A stretch of 64,000 nucleotides of DNA from a virus. The notes under the pieces are model-generated. The model searched no databases, was not told where the DNA came from, and worked only from the letters and a program-made list of their open reading frames with translations. Position 1 is the first letter of the stretch. Each line of letters begins with the position of its first letter. Position numbers and translations under genes: made by a program. Below are positions 9,900-18,527 of the stretch, piece by piece. The DNA is taken from IMG/VR virus record IMGVR_UViG_3300045131_002929, positions 32,001 through 96,000 of that record; one strand, written 5' to 3'.

Positions 9900-12800
9900 A
9901 TGGCCTGGAGCGACGAAATACCTGTCGGGACGCCGATAACCATCCCCTTGGACCTGGTGGACGGAGTGTACCGCATCCTGGTGATAGGTAAGGCCCCCGC
10001 GGGCAACTGGCAGGCCACCGCGCTGACCAGTTCCAACTGGACGCTGGACACGACGGCGCCCACGGCTGTGATCGGGTCGCCGCCGGCCAGTCTCACAAAC
10101 CTCACCTCTTTCTCGATCGCTATAACGGGCGCAGGGGTAACCCAGTACAAATACGCATTGAACGGCGGCGCGTACAGCCAGCCCAGTAGCATAAGCTCGC
10201 GCATCGCCCTAAGCGGGCTCGCCGATGGAGCTTACTCGCTGGACGTGGTCGGGCGCGACGCGGTCGGCAACTGGCAGACGACGCCCACGACCTACAGTTG
10301 GGTAGTGGACACCACGGCCGCCGTGGCCGTGCTCTCCAATACCCCGCAGCCCGTGACCCAAGAAACTTCGGCGACTATCTCCGTGGACGGAACCGACGTG
10401 GTGGCCTATATGTATAAGCTGAATGGCGGAGCATGGTCCGCCTCCACCCCGGTGGCCACGCCTATAGCTCTGGCTAACCTTACTGAGGGGACCTATTCGC
10501 TATCCGTCAAAAGCGTGGACGCGGCCGGCAACTGGCAGGTGGCGCCCACGACCTACAGTTGGGTAGTGGACACCACGGCCCCCATCGCGGTGCTGTCCAA
10601 CGCTCCACAGCCCGTGACCGCGGCGACTTCGGCGACTATATACGTGGGCGACGACGTGGTGGCCTATATGTATAAGCTGAATGGCGGAGCATGGTCCACT
10701 TCCACCCCGGTGGCCACGCCTATAACCCTGTCGAACCTTACTGAGGGGGCTTACACGCTGGACGTGGTCGGGCGCGACGCGGCCGGCAACTGGCAGGTGG
10801 CGCCCACGACCTACAGTTGGGTAGTGGACACCACGGCCCCCATCGCGGTGCTGTCCGGAGTTCCGCAGCCGCTATTCCTAACGATTGATGTTAGTCATGC
10901 GCATATATACGTGGGCGGAACCGACGTGGTGGCCTATATGTATAAGCTGAATGGCGGAGCATGGTCCACTTCCACCCCGGTGGCCACGCCTATAGGCGTG
11001 GACCTTTACCACGGAGCTTACTCTCTGGAAGTGGTCGGCTGCGACGCGGTCGGCAACTGGCAGACGACGCCCACGACCTACAGTTGGGTAGTGGACAAGC
11101 CGCTGTTTGCTGTGCTGTCCGGCGCTCCGGAGGAACATACCAAAGAGACTTCGGCGACTATATACGTGGGCGGCGACGACGTGGTGGCCTATATGTATAG
11201 GCTGAATGCCGGGTTATGGTCCGCCTCCACCCCGGTGGCCACGCCTATAACCCTGTCGAACCTTACTGAGGGGGCTTACACGCTGGACGTCAAAGGCTTG
11301 AATCCGGAGAGCAGCTTGCCGACGTGGAACCGCCTGCACTACTGGGTGGTGGACACGACGGCGCCCACGGCTGTGATCTGGTCGCCGCCGGCCAGTCTCA
11401 CAAACCTCACCTCTTTCTCGATCAATATAACGGGCGCAGGGGTAACCCAGTACAAATACGCGTTGAACGGCGGCGCGTACAGCCAGCCCATTAGCATAAG
11501 CTCGCACATCGCCCTAAGCGGGCTCGCCGATGGAGCTTACTCTCTGGAAGTGGTCGGCTGCGACGCGGCCGGCAACTGGCAGACGACGCCCACCACGGCC
11601 AGCTGGACGGTCGACGCCACGGCCCCCATCGCGGTGCTGTCCAACGCTCCACAGCCCGTGACCGCGGCGACTTCGGCGACTATCTCCGTGGGCGGAACCG
11701 ACGTGGTGGGATATGCGTATAGGCTGAATGGCGGAGCATGGTCCAATTACGTCCCGGTGGCCACGCCTATAACCCTGTCGAACCTTGCTAAGGGGGCTTA
11801 CTCGCTGTACGTGGCCGGCCACGACGCGGCCGGCAACTGGCAGGTGGCGCCCACGACCTACAGTTGGGTAGTGGACGAGGCGCTCACGGCCGTGCTCGGC
11901 GGCAGCGTGCCGAGCGGGGTCTACACCCAGTATGTCCAAGGGATAAGCGTGGGCGGCTACGGCGTGACTCACTATAAATATTCGCTCAACGGCGGGGCCT
12001 ACACCGACGAGGCGCCTATAAGCGCGGCTATAGATCTGCCTATGTTGCCGGACGGCGAATACACGCTGGACGTCATAGGCAGGGGGCTGGCGGGGAACTG
12101 GCTGGGCACCCCCACCCACGCCGCCTGGTCTTTACTGATACCGCCGCCTGTGGCTACGGTAAGCGGCATCCTCAACCCTTCTCTCAGCACTGTAAACGCC
12201 TCCATAGGCGGAGCAAGGGTGGCCGCGTTTAACTACAAGCTAGACCAGATGACTACTATAGGTCCCGTCGTCGCAAGCGGGTACGGGCTCAGTCTGAACA
12301 TCGAGCCCAACGGGCCGCATCAGTTGTCTGTGTGGGGAATCGACCTCGCAGGCCGGGTGCAGACTACGCCTACGGTTGTAGAGTGGACCGTGGACTCCGC
12401 CCAGCCTGTATTCAACCTAGTCTATGACGCCGGCGGCGCGAACGGCACCGTTCCGTTCGATAACAAATGGTATTTTATGAACAGCAAGGTGTATCTAGCT
12501 AGCGCGTCCACTTTGAACTACCCCTCTAAAAAGTTCAACAGCTGGTTTATGTCCGACTACGGCTCTAGGAATCCCGGTGAATACATAATGACGCCTACCG
12601 CAGCGCCCCAAGGCGGGCATATTATTTTCTGCCAAGCCCAGTGGACCATTTTTAATTGGTATGCCGCTAATTCCAGTATTCTGTATATCACCGGTGTTGT
12701 CAATAACGTGCCCCAGAGCGGAACCGTCACAATACCCTATTCCTTAGGGCACCAAGCTGTAACTGTAATTGGCAACAATTGTTTTAAAGATATGTCGGCC

Positions 12801-13298
12801 ATATCCAGTGTGGTTTTGAACTGCACCTCGCTTAGCGAAATACAAAGCCAGGCGTTCGCCGGCTGCAGCGGAATGACTTCCATAACCACGCCTAACTCCC
12901 TGACCCGCTTAGGCGTTAGCGCGTTCGAAGGGTGCTCCAGCCTGACGGCCTTTACGATCCCTGTCGACTTGACCGTTATTCAAAACCGCGCCTTCTACGG
13001 CTGCTCCAGTATATCTTCAATCAATATAGGCGCCACGAATGTTAGCTTGGTAGGCGAGGCCGCCTTCCAAGGCTGCGCCAGCTTGAGCGACTTGTCTTTC
13101 GGTACGACGCTGCAGGTTGTAGGCGCGAACGCTTTCACGGGCACTGGCATCACCCATGCACACTTCAAAGGCAACGCGCCGTCCATTCAATCCACATCCT
13201 ACCCGGCAGGCACCGTGCTGCATTATGTTCCAGGCAAGACCGGCTGGACTAATCCGATGGCAGGTTTCACGACCGTAGGCGACGAAACACCCTACTAG
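9900..13298 (+). CDS. Giant virion fibre/adhesin C: 9.5 Ig-like repeats, one InlB-B-like repeat, C-terminal BspA-type LRR
   Basis: AGGAG RBS; repeats VVAYxYKLNGGAWS...DAAGNWQ...WVVDT; LRR_5-type motifs (IQSQAFAGCSGMTSI, LGVSAFEGCSSLTAF, AFYGCSSISSI). Confidence 0.85.
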   Translation: MAWSDEIPVGTPITIPLDLVDGVYRILVIGKAPAGNWQATALTSSNWTLDTTAPTAVIGSPPASLTNLTSFSIAITGAGVTQYKYALNGGAYSQPSSISSRIALSGLADGAYSLDVVGRDAVGNWQTTPTTYSWVVDTTAAVAVLSNTPQPVTQETSATISVDGTDVVAYMYKLNGGAWSASTPVATPIALANLTEGTYSLSVKSVDAAGNWQVAPTTYSWVVDTTAPIAVLSNAPQPVTAATSATIYVGDDVVAYMYKLNGGAWSTSTPVATPITLSNLTEGAYTLDVVGRDAAGNWQVAPTTYSWVVDTTAPIAVLSGVPQPLFLTIDVSHAHIYVGGTDVVAYMYKLNGGAWSTSTPVATPIGVDLYHGAYSLEVVGCDAVGNWQTTPTTYSWVVDKPLFAVLSGAPEEHTKETSATIYVGGDDVVAYMYRLNAGLWSASTPVATPITLSNLTEGAYTLDVKGLNPESSLPTWNRLHYWVVDTTAPTAVIWSPPASLTNLTSFSINITGAGVTQYKYALNGGAYSQPISISSHIALSGLADGAYSLEVVGCDAAGNWQTTPTTASWTVDATAPIAVLSNAPQPVTAATSATISVGGTDVVGYAYRLNGGAWSNYVPVATPITLSNLAKGAYSLYVAGHDAAGNWQVAPTTYSWVVDEALTAVLGGSVPSGVYTQYVQGISVGGYGVTHYKYSLNGGAYTDEAPISAAIDLPMLPDGEYTLDVIGRGLAGNWLGTPTHAAWSLLIPPPVATVSGILNPSLSTVNASIGGARVAAFNYKLDQMTTIGPVVASGYGLSLNIEPNGPHQLSVWGIDLAGRVQTTPTVVEWTVDSAQPVFNLVYDAGGANGTVPFDNKWYFMNSKVYLASASTLNYPSKKFNSWFMSDYGSRNPGEYIMTPTAAPQGGHIIFCQAQWTIFNWYAANSSILYITGVVNNVPQSGTVTIPYSLGHQAVTVIGNNCFKDMSAISSVVLNCTSLSEIQSQAFAGCSGMTSITTPNSLTRLGVSAFEGCSSLTAFTIPVDLTVIQNRAFYGCSSISSINIGATNVSLVGEAAFQGCASLSDLSFGTTLQVVGANAFTGTGITHAHFKGNAPSIQSTSYPAGTVLHYVPGKTGWTNPMAGFTTVGDETPY
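10045..11878 (+). repeat. Seven ~260-bp intragenic tandem repeats of two sub-types, near-identical at DNA level
   Basis: For example 10045-10237 vs 11350-11542, and recurring blocks such as GGTGGCCTATATGTATAAGCTGAATGGCGGAGCATGGTCC and GCCCACGACCTACAGTTGGGTAGTGGAC. Confidence 0.9.
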
Positions 13299-13312
13299 GG
13301 GGGCAATGAAGC

Positions 13313-14671
13313 ATGGCCTACTCAGAATCATCCATGAGCTCCCTGTCCTCGGACTCCACCGAGCTGCTGAACTCCACCAGCTCGGACTCCTCAGCCTCCT
13401 TCGCCATGGGCAAGGGCGCGGCTGGCAGCTTCGCCTGGTGGCCCACGCGGGCCCCCGTGGCGGACTGGCGCGCCATGGCCGCCAGCCACGACTGCTCGCT
13501 CATACTGGCCGCCGCGGACCGCGAGGCCGGCGGCGGGCTGCACGTGAGCCAGGACGGCGGCCACACCTGGCTGCCCTGCTGGAGCTCCTACCCTAGAAGC
13601 TGGCGGGCCGTGGCCGTGTCGCGCAGGGGCGAGATGATGGCCGCCTGCGACTCCATGGGCATGATCTACGCCACCCACGCCGCCTACGACTCGTCGTCCA
13701 CGCCCGGCGACGCCTGGCACTGGAAGGCGCAGCCCTCCGCGGGCGAGCGCGACTGGCGCGGGGTGGCCATAGGCGAGGAAGGCAATTTCCTGGTGGCCGT
13801 GGCGGCCGGCGGGCGGCTGTGGACCAAGTACTGCCAGGACAACGACATGAGCACCTCGAGCGTCAGCGTGGCCGGCGACAGCAGCTCCTCCGCGAACGAC
13901 TGCGTAGTCTCGTTCAACAGCAAGGGCGGGGCCGCCGTAGAGCCGCTGCGCGTGAACGCCGGCTACTCCATAGCGCTGGGCGAATGGCCGAGGCCGACGC
14001 GGGCCGCGCGCTCGTTCGGCGGGTGGTGCTCCGACTTCCAGTGCCTGACTTTGTTCGACGAGTCGGCCGTCGTCAACTACGACCTGACTTTGTTCGCCAA
14101 GTGGAACAAAGCCACGGGCGCGGCCTTCCACGCCAACGGCGGCGGCGACATACCGGATCAGAGCGCGACGCTTGTCAACGGGCAGTATTACGTGACGGCG
14201 CCGCCGGCGCCGGTAAGGGCCGGCCACACCTTCCAAGGGTGGTATGCTGACGAACTGCTGCAAGGGGCCTTATTCGACTTCGCGGCGCCCATATCAGGAT
14301 TCCGCGACCTGTACGCCAAGTGGCAGATCGACACCTACGCCGTGACTTTCAACAGCAACGGCGGCACGGCCGTGGGGCCGCAGTCGGTGGTGTTCAACAA
14401 CCAAGTAGCCAAGCCGGCCGACCCCGTGTTCGCCGGCTACAGGCTGATCGGGTGGTTCCTAGGGTCGGCGGAATCGTCCTACGATTTCAATTCGGGGGTC
14501 CAAGGTGCTATGGTTCTTAAGGCGAAGTGGACCATATACATTCCAAGCGCAGCCAGCGAGAACCTGTTCGACGACGGGGCGCAGAACCTTATGATGTCCG
14601 CCGGCGACGACCACGAGATAGAGATGAACGAGGCCATCGCGCTGTCCCAAGGCGGCTGCGAGCCTTTCTAA
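13313..14671 (+). CDS. Ser-rich protein with partial Asp-box propeller and three InlB B (Listeria-Bacteroides) repeats
   Basis: SQDGGHTW; FxGW...FD...LxAKW three times. Confidence 0.8.
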   Translation: MAYSESSMSSLSSDSTELLNSTSSDSSASFAMGKGAAGSFAWWPTRAPVADWRAMAASHDCSLILAAADREAGGGLHVSQDGGHTWLPCWSSYPRSWRAVAVSRRGEMMAACDSMGMIYATHAAYDSSSTPGDAWHWKAQPSAGERDWRGVAIGEEGNFLVAVAAGGRLWTKYCQDNDMSTSSVSVAGDSSSSANDCVVSFNSKGGAAVEPLRVNAGYSIALGEWPRPTRAARSFGGWCSDFQCLTLFDESAVVNYDLTLFAKWNKATGAAFHANGGGDIPDQSATLVNGQYYVTAPPAPVRAGHTFQGWYADELLQGALFDFAAPISGFRDLYAKWQIDTYAVTFNSNGGTAVGPQSVVFNNQVAKPADPVFAGYRLIGWFLGSAESSYDFNSGVQGAMVLKAKWTIYIPSAASENLFDDGAQNLMMSAGDDHEIEMNEAIALSQGGCEPF

Positions 14672-14685
14672 CCAGGAGAATCGAC

Positions 14686-15006
14686 ATGTTCGTACGCAAG
14701 GTAATGGCGCTGGGCACGTTGCCCGAAGCCGCCGACGCCGTGTACACGGCCCCCGCCGACGTCACCGGGCTGATCCACAACGTCACGCTGCACAACAAGT
14801 CCGTCAACGCGCAGACCGTCACGCTGCAGTACCACTCGGGGTCCGTGGACTACCAGATGTACAGGCTGCAGATCCCGGCGGCCGACACGGTCAGCCTGGG
14901 CTTCTACAACGAGGGCTTCGTGGTCATGACCGGATGCTCGCTGCGCGGCTACGCCACGGAGGCCGGGGCCGTCAACGTGAAGGTCGACGGAACCGAGGAG
15001 TCTTAA
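14686..15006 (+). CDS. Small beta-rich putative virion protein
   Basis: ATG 14686 after AGGAG; VYTAPA...IHNVTLHN pattern typical of small phage structural proteins. Confidence 0.65.
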   Translation: MFVRKVMALGTLPEAADAVYTAPADVTGLIHNVTLHNKSVNAQTVTLQYHSGSVDYQMYRLQIPAADTVSLGFYNEGFVVMTGCSLRGYATEAGAVNVKVDGTEES

Positions 15007-15007
15007 T

Positions 15008-18000
15008 ATGCTCAAGCAGGCCTCCAAGCGCAGGGCCGGCGACGGCAGGCCTGTGCCCCATTTCGACGTCGCCGACATGGGCGCGAGCTCGTGGTCGGAC
15101 AAGACGACCAAGCTGCTGCTCCACTTCGACGGGTCCATGCTGGACGGGTCGCTCTACTCAAGGTCCGTGCTGCCGGCGGGCGACGCGCGCCTGGACTCCA
15201 CGTCGTCCAGCCTGGGCGGCTCGTCGCTGCGCGTGACCGGCGCCTCGCATCTGGACGTCATGCTGGGACCGGACGCGCTGCCGGGTTCGCGCAGCCTGTC
15301 CATCGAGGGCTTCTTCCTGGTGGACTCCGTGAGCTCGACGTTCAGGGTGTGGGAGTGGTTCCAGGACGCCGCGAACAACCTGGCGCTCGACTACGTGGCC
15401 AACACGGGGTGGAAGGTGAGCAGGCTGGACGCGGGGACGCAGACGACTCTGCTGATAGGGTCGGCGGCCGCCATCCAGACGTGGCTCCACGTCGCCGTGA
15501 CCCGGGTCGGGACCACTTGGCGCCTACTGGTCGACGGGGTCGAACAGGCCGCTTTGGCCTACCAGTGGTCACCCGTGTGGACGTTCGGCTCCACCTTCAG
15601 GCTGGGCCGCAACTACGCCGCCGCGTCGGCTATGGTAGGCAACGTCGACGAGGTCAGGCTGGTCGTGGGCGGGCCCGTGGTGGCTTCCGTGCCTACGGCC
15701 AGGTATGGCGTCGCCGAGCTGCTGACCGGCAGGGGCGCGCAGCTCGTCGACATTAACGGCGCCGGAGTCTACTACTGGGGCGTCTCGCCCGAGGGCGGCG
15801 GCGAACCCGTCGCCTGCAGGTGCGGCGACTACCTGCTGGTCTTCGGCCGGCGCCTGACGCGCGGCGGCTCGATCTTCGAATGCGTCGTCGACACGATGGC
15901 GCTGCAATGGCTGGGCAACGTCAGCTGGGGCGGCTACGACTACGAGCCCTGGCGCGGCTACGTCGAAGCGGTCGGCCAATGCCTGGTCGTAGGCGCCAGG
16001 GCGCTAATGGTGCGCTCCGCCGGCAACCCTGGGCTTATGCTTGGCGACGCGCTAAGTTCGTACTCCGTGAACGGTTACGCCGCGGTAAGCAATAGCGTCG
16101 TCAGGGATAACGACTGCTTCTACGTGGGCAACGCCGGATCCATACGCATGGCCAAATTGGGCGGCGGCGCGTTGTTCACATGGTTCGACGGCATATCGAC
16201 CACTTATCTCACGCACATGCCGGCGGCCTGCATAACCGCCGCGGGCGCCGACAACGGGGTGCGTGTGGCCGCGTTGCGCTCTGGGTCGCAGTACGGCTCC
16301 GGGTGCCAGGCGCTGGTGGTAGGGCGCGGCGGGCTGGTCTCGGCCTACTCGTCGCTCATCGTGACGCTGACGGATCCGATCACCCGGCTGTCCGCGGACG
16401 TGAGCCTGGCCCAGCTGCCTGAGCTTTTCGTGGGCGTGTCCGCGTTCTGTTGGAAGGGCGTGTGCTCCGCCACCCATGTCTACCTGGCGCTGAACTCGCT
16501 CAACGGGTCGCCCGCCGGGATAATCGTCAGGCTGCCGATGGCGGATTGGTCGCTGGCCGGCGTGGAGGCCTTGCGCCTGCACTCGGTCGACGCGCGGCTG
16601 GTCAACATATCGGGCCTGGCCTATGACGGCCGGCACGTGTACTGCCTCGCGTCGGGCCTTGCCGGCGGCGCGCTGGCCAAGGTCGACGAGCTTAACTTCA
16701 CAGCGTCCGGCGTGGAGGTGGTGGAGCTGGGCCCCAACAGCTGGGTGTGGTCCGAGCTTGTGGACTTCGATTCCTACTTGTGCGCCGTGTCCAGGGCGCG
16801 GGCGGTCAAGATTCCCTGCCGCGTCCACTCCGCCGCCTATTTCGAATGTTCCGACGCAGAGCTGCCCTACCCGCTGCCTATTTCGACGGTATCGCTGCTG
16901 CAGATGACGGGCGGTGCGGCTTTCGACGAGACGCTGCGCGGATCGCGCGTGACATCCACGAACGTGGCCTTCGCCGCGTCGGGCGGCAAGTTCACAGGCA
17001 AGGCCTCCATCGTGGGCACTAATTCCTTGCTGACGCTGTACCCGAGCCCGGCCGGCCCGAACTTCCCCATATGCCGCCCCGGCGACTACAACACGGTGGG
17101 CGCCTACACGCTGGACTTCTGGCTGAAGTTCGACGCGCTGCCGACGGACTACAGAACGGTGTTCAACACAGGCGTCGAGGACTATGGGTTTATGGCCCTT
17201 TATTTTAAGCCCGGGAGTTCCCCCAAGATGATTTGCAAAACACATTACGAAGGCGAGTCTCGTAAGCTGCTTGCTGATACCCCGGTCGGCACGTGGTTCC
17301 ATGTGGAGTTTTCCGTGGAGAACCGCGTTGGCCGAAACAGTGGAGCGCGGCTATTTTTGAACGGTAAATCGCAGGTAGACGTTTCTCTGACGGTGTCGCC
17401 TGTTTTAGCCTTGGCCGGCGGCGGCGCGGCTATGAGCTATGGCGGCAGCTTGTTCCTAGTGGCCAGCGGCGGGAATTACTCCGCCTTGTCGGCGCCCAGC
17501 GCCAACATAACCACGCTGGGCGTGTCGCCCAATGGGCAGTTCATGCTCGCGGCCGTGTCCGGCGGCAGCATGTACGCGTCCATCGACGGCGGGGCCAGCT
17601 GGACGACTAGGTCCGCGGCGGGCGTGTTGTCGTGGACTAACCTGATATGCCGCGACGACGGCAGCTGCGTGGCTAGCGTGTGGAACAACGCGACGTACTA
17701 TGAGTCTTCCAATTTTGGCGAATCGTGGTCCGCCAAGTCCGTCGGCACAACCACCACCCGCATAGTCATGTCGTCGGATGGTAGGTACAGGCTTGGCGCC
17801 GGGTCGACTGATGGATGGTATTACGGCAATCCCACCATGCACATATCTTCCGATTACGGCGCCACATGGTCCACTTATAATTACGGCTCAGTCGGCGCAT
17901 TTACGAATAGCGTGGCAATGTCCGCGTCCGGCGCCGTCATGGCCGGCGCGGCGGCGTTGTACGCGGCGAATCTGCCTACCCACGAACGCTACGTGTATAT

Positions 18001-18502
18001 CAGCGTGAACTACGGCGCCACATGGACGCAGCTTACGGGGGCAGGCGGCCGTAACAGCTGGACATGCTGCGCGGTGTCGGCGGACGGCGCGAAGGCAGCC
18101 TTCGCGGCTGTGGGCTCGCGGCTATGGATCTACACCGTGGCGACCGGAACGTTCGACGAGATCACCGACGTGCCCGAGAAGCCGGCTTGGAACTCCGTGG
18201 CGTTGTCCGCGGACGGCTCCAAGGCTTACGCGTTGTCCGGCGACGGCTATCTGTACCGAGTCGATGTGACGGCTGGCACCTTGGAGCCGTCGAACGGCGT
18301 TTTGAATTTTCAGGCCATAGTCGGAGCGGCCGTAGCAAACTATTGGGGGGTGAATCAGTGCGGCATCGGCTACCACAATCAATTCTTCTTCGGCAACGCC
18401 TGGCAAGCCGCCTGGCCCGGCATGCACGTGTCGGACATAAGGCTGACGAACGACGTGCTGCACACCGCCGATTTCACGCCGCCAGCGCAGAAGACGCTTT
18501 GA
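15008..18502 (+). CDS. LamG/concanavalin-like lectin domains plus beta-propellers; putative receptor-binding protein
   Basis: LLLHFDG...WLHVAVTR...LLVDG...VDEVRL; second LamG YTLDFW...WFHV...LFLNG; Asp-boxes SIDGGASW, SSDYGATW, SVNYGATW. Confidence 0.8.
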   Translation: MLKQASKRRAGDGRPVPHFDVADMGASSWSDKTTKLLLHFDGSMLDGSLYSRSVLPAGDARLDSTSSSLGGSSLRVTGASHLDVMLGPDALPGSRSLSIEGFFLVDSVSSTFRVWEWFQDAANNLALDYVANTGWKVSRLDAGTQTTLLIGSAAAIQTWLHVAVTRVGTTWRLLVDGVEQAALAYQWSPVWTFGSTFRLGRNYAAASAMVGNVDEVRLVVGGPVVASVPTARYGVAELLTGRGAQLVDINGAGVYYWGVSPEGGGEPVACRCGDYLLVFGRRLTRGGSIFECVVDTMALQWLGNVSWGGYDYEPWRGYVEAVGQCLVVGARALMVRSAGNPGLMLGDALSSYSVNGYAAVSNSVVRDNDCFYVGNAGSIRMAKLGGGALFTWFDGISTTYLTHMPAACITAAGADNGVRVAALRSGSQYGSGCQALVVGRGGLVSAYSSLIVTLTDPITRLSADVSLAQLPELFVGVSAFCWKGVCSATHVYLALNSLNGSPAGIIVRLPMADWSLAGVEALRLHSVDARLVNISGLAYDGRHVYCLASGLAGGALAKVDELNFTASGVEVVELGPNSWVWSELVDFDSYLCAVSRARAVKIPCRVHSAAYFECSDAELPYPLPISTVSLLQMTGGAAFDETLRGSRVTSTNVAFAASGGKFTGKASIVGTNSLLTLYPSPAGPNFPICRPGDYNTVGAYTLDFWLKFDALPTDYRTVFNTGVEDYGFMALYFKPGSSPKMICKTHYEGESRKLLADTPVGTWFHVEFSVENRVGRNSGARLFLNGKSQVDVSLTVSPVLALAGGGAAMSYGGSLFLVASGGNYSALSAPSANITTLGVSPNGQFMLAAVSGGSMYASIDGGASWTTRSAAGVLSWTNLICRDDGSCVASVWNNATYYESSNFGESWSAKSVGTTTTRIVMSSDGRYRLGAGSTDGWYYGNPTMHISSDYGATWSTYNYGSVGAFTNSVAMSASGAVMAGAAALYAANLPTHERYVYISVNYGATWTQLTGAGGRNSWTCCAVSADGAKAAFAAVGSRLWIYTVATGTFDEITDVPEKPAWNSVALSADGSKAYALSGDGYLYRVDVTAGTLEPSNGVLNFQAIVGAAVANYWGVNQCGIGYHNQFFFGNAWQAAWPGMHVSDIRLTNDVLHTADFTPPAQKTL

Positions 18503-18527
18503 CAAAACGTAAAACAGAGTAAAAAAA

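Noticed and set aside
10045-11878. Diversity-generating retroelement TR/VR pair
   Set aside because: The repeats are in-frame coding domain repeats, I saw no adenine-specific mismatch pattern, and there is no reverse transcriptase in the window.
3246-13298. One giant gene pseudogenised by frameshifts, or TAG read-through/recoded genetic code
   Set aside because: The downstream ORFs are in different frames, so read-through cannot fuse them. Both breaks are at the same domain position with ATG starts, and genes elsewhere are intact under code 11. A sequencing error is not formally excluded without reads.
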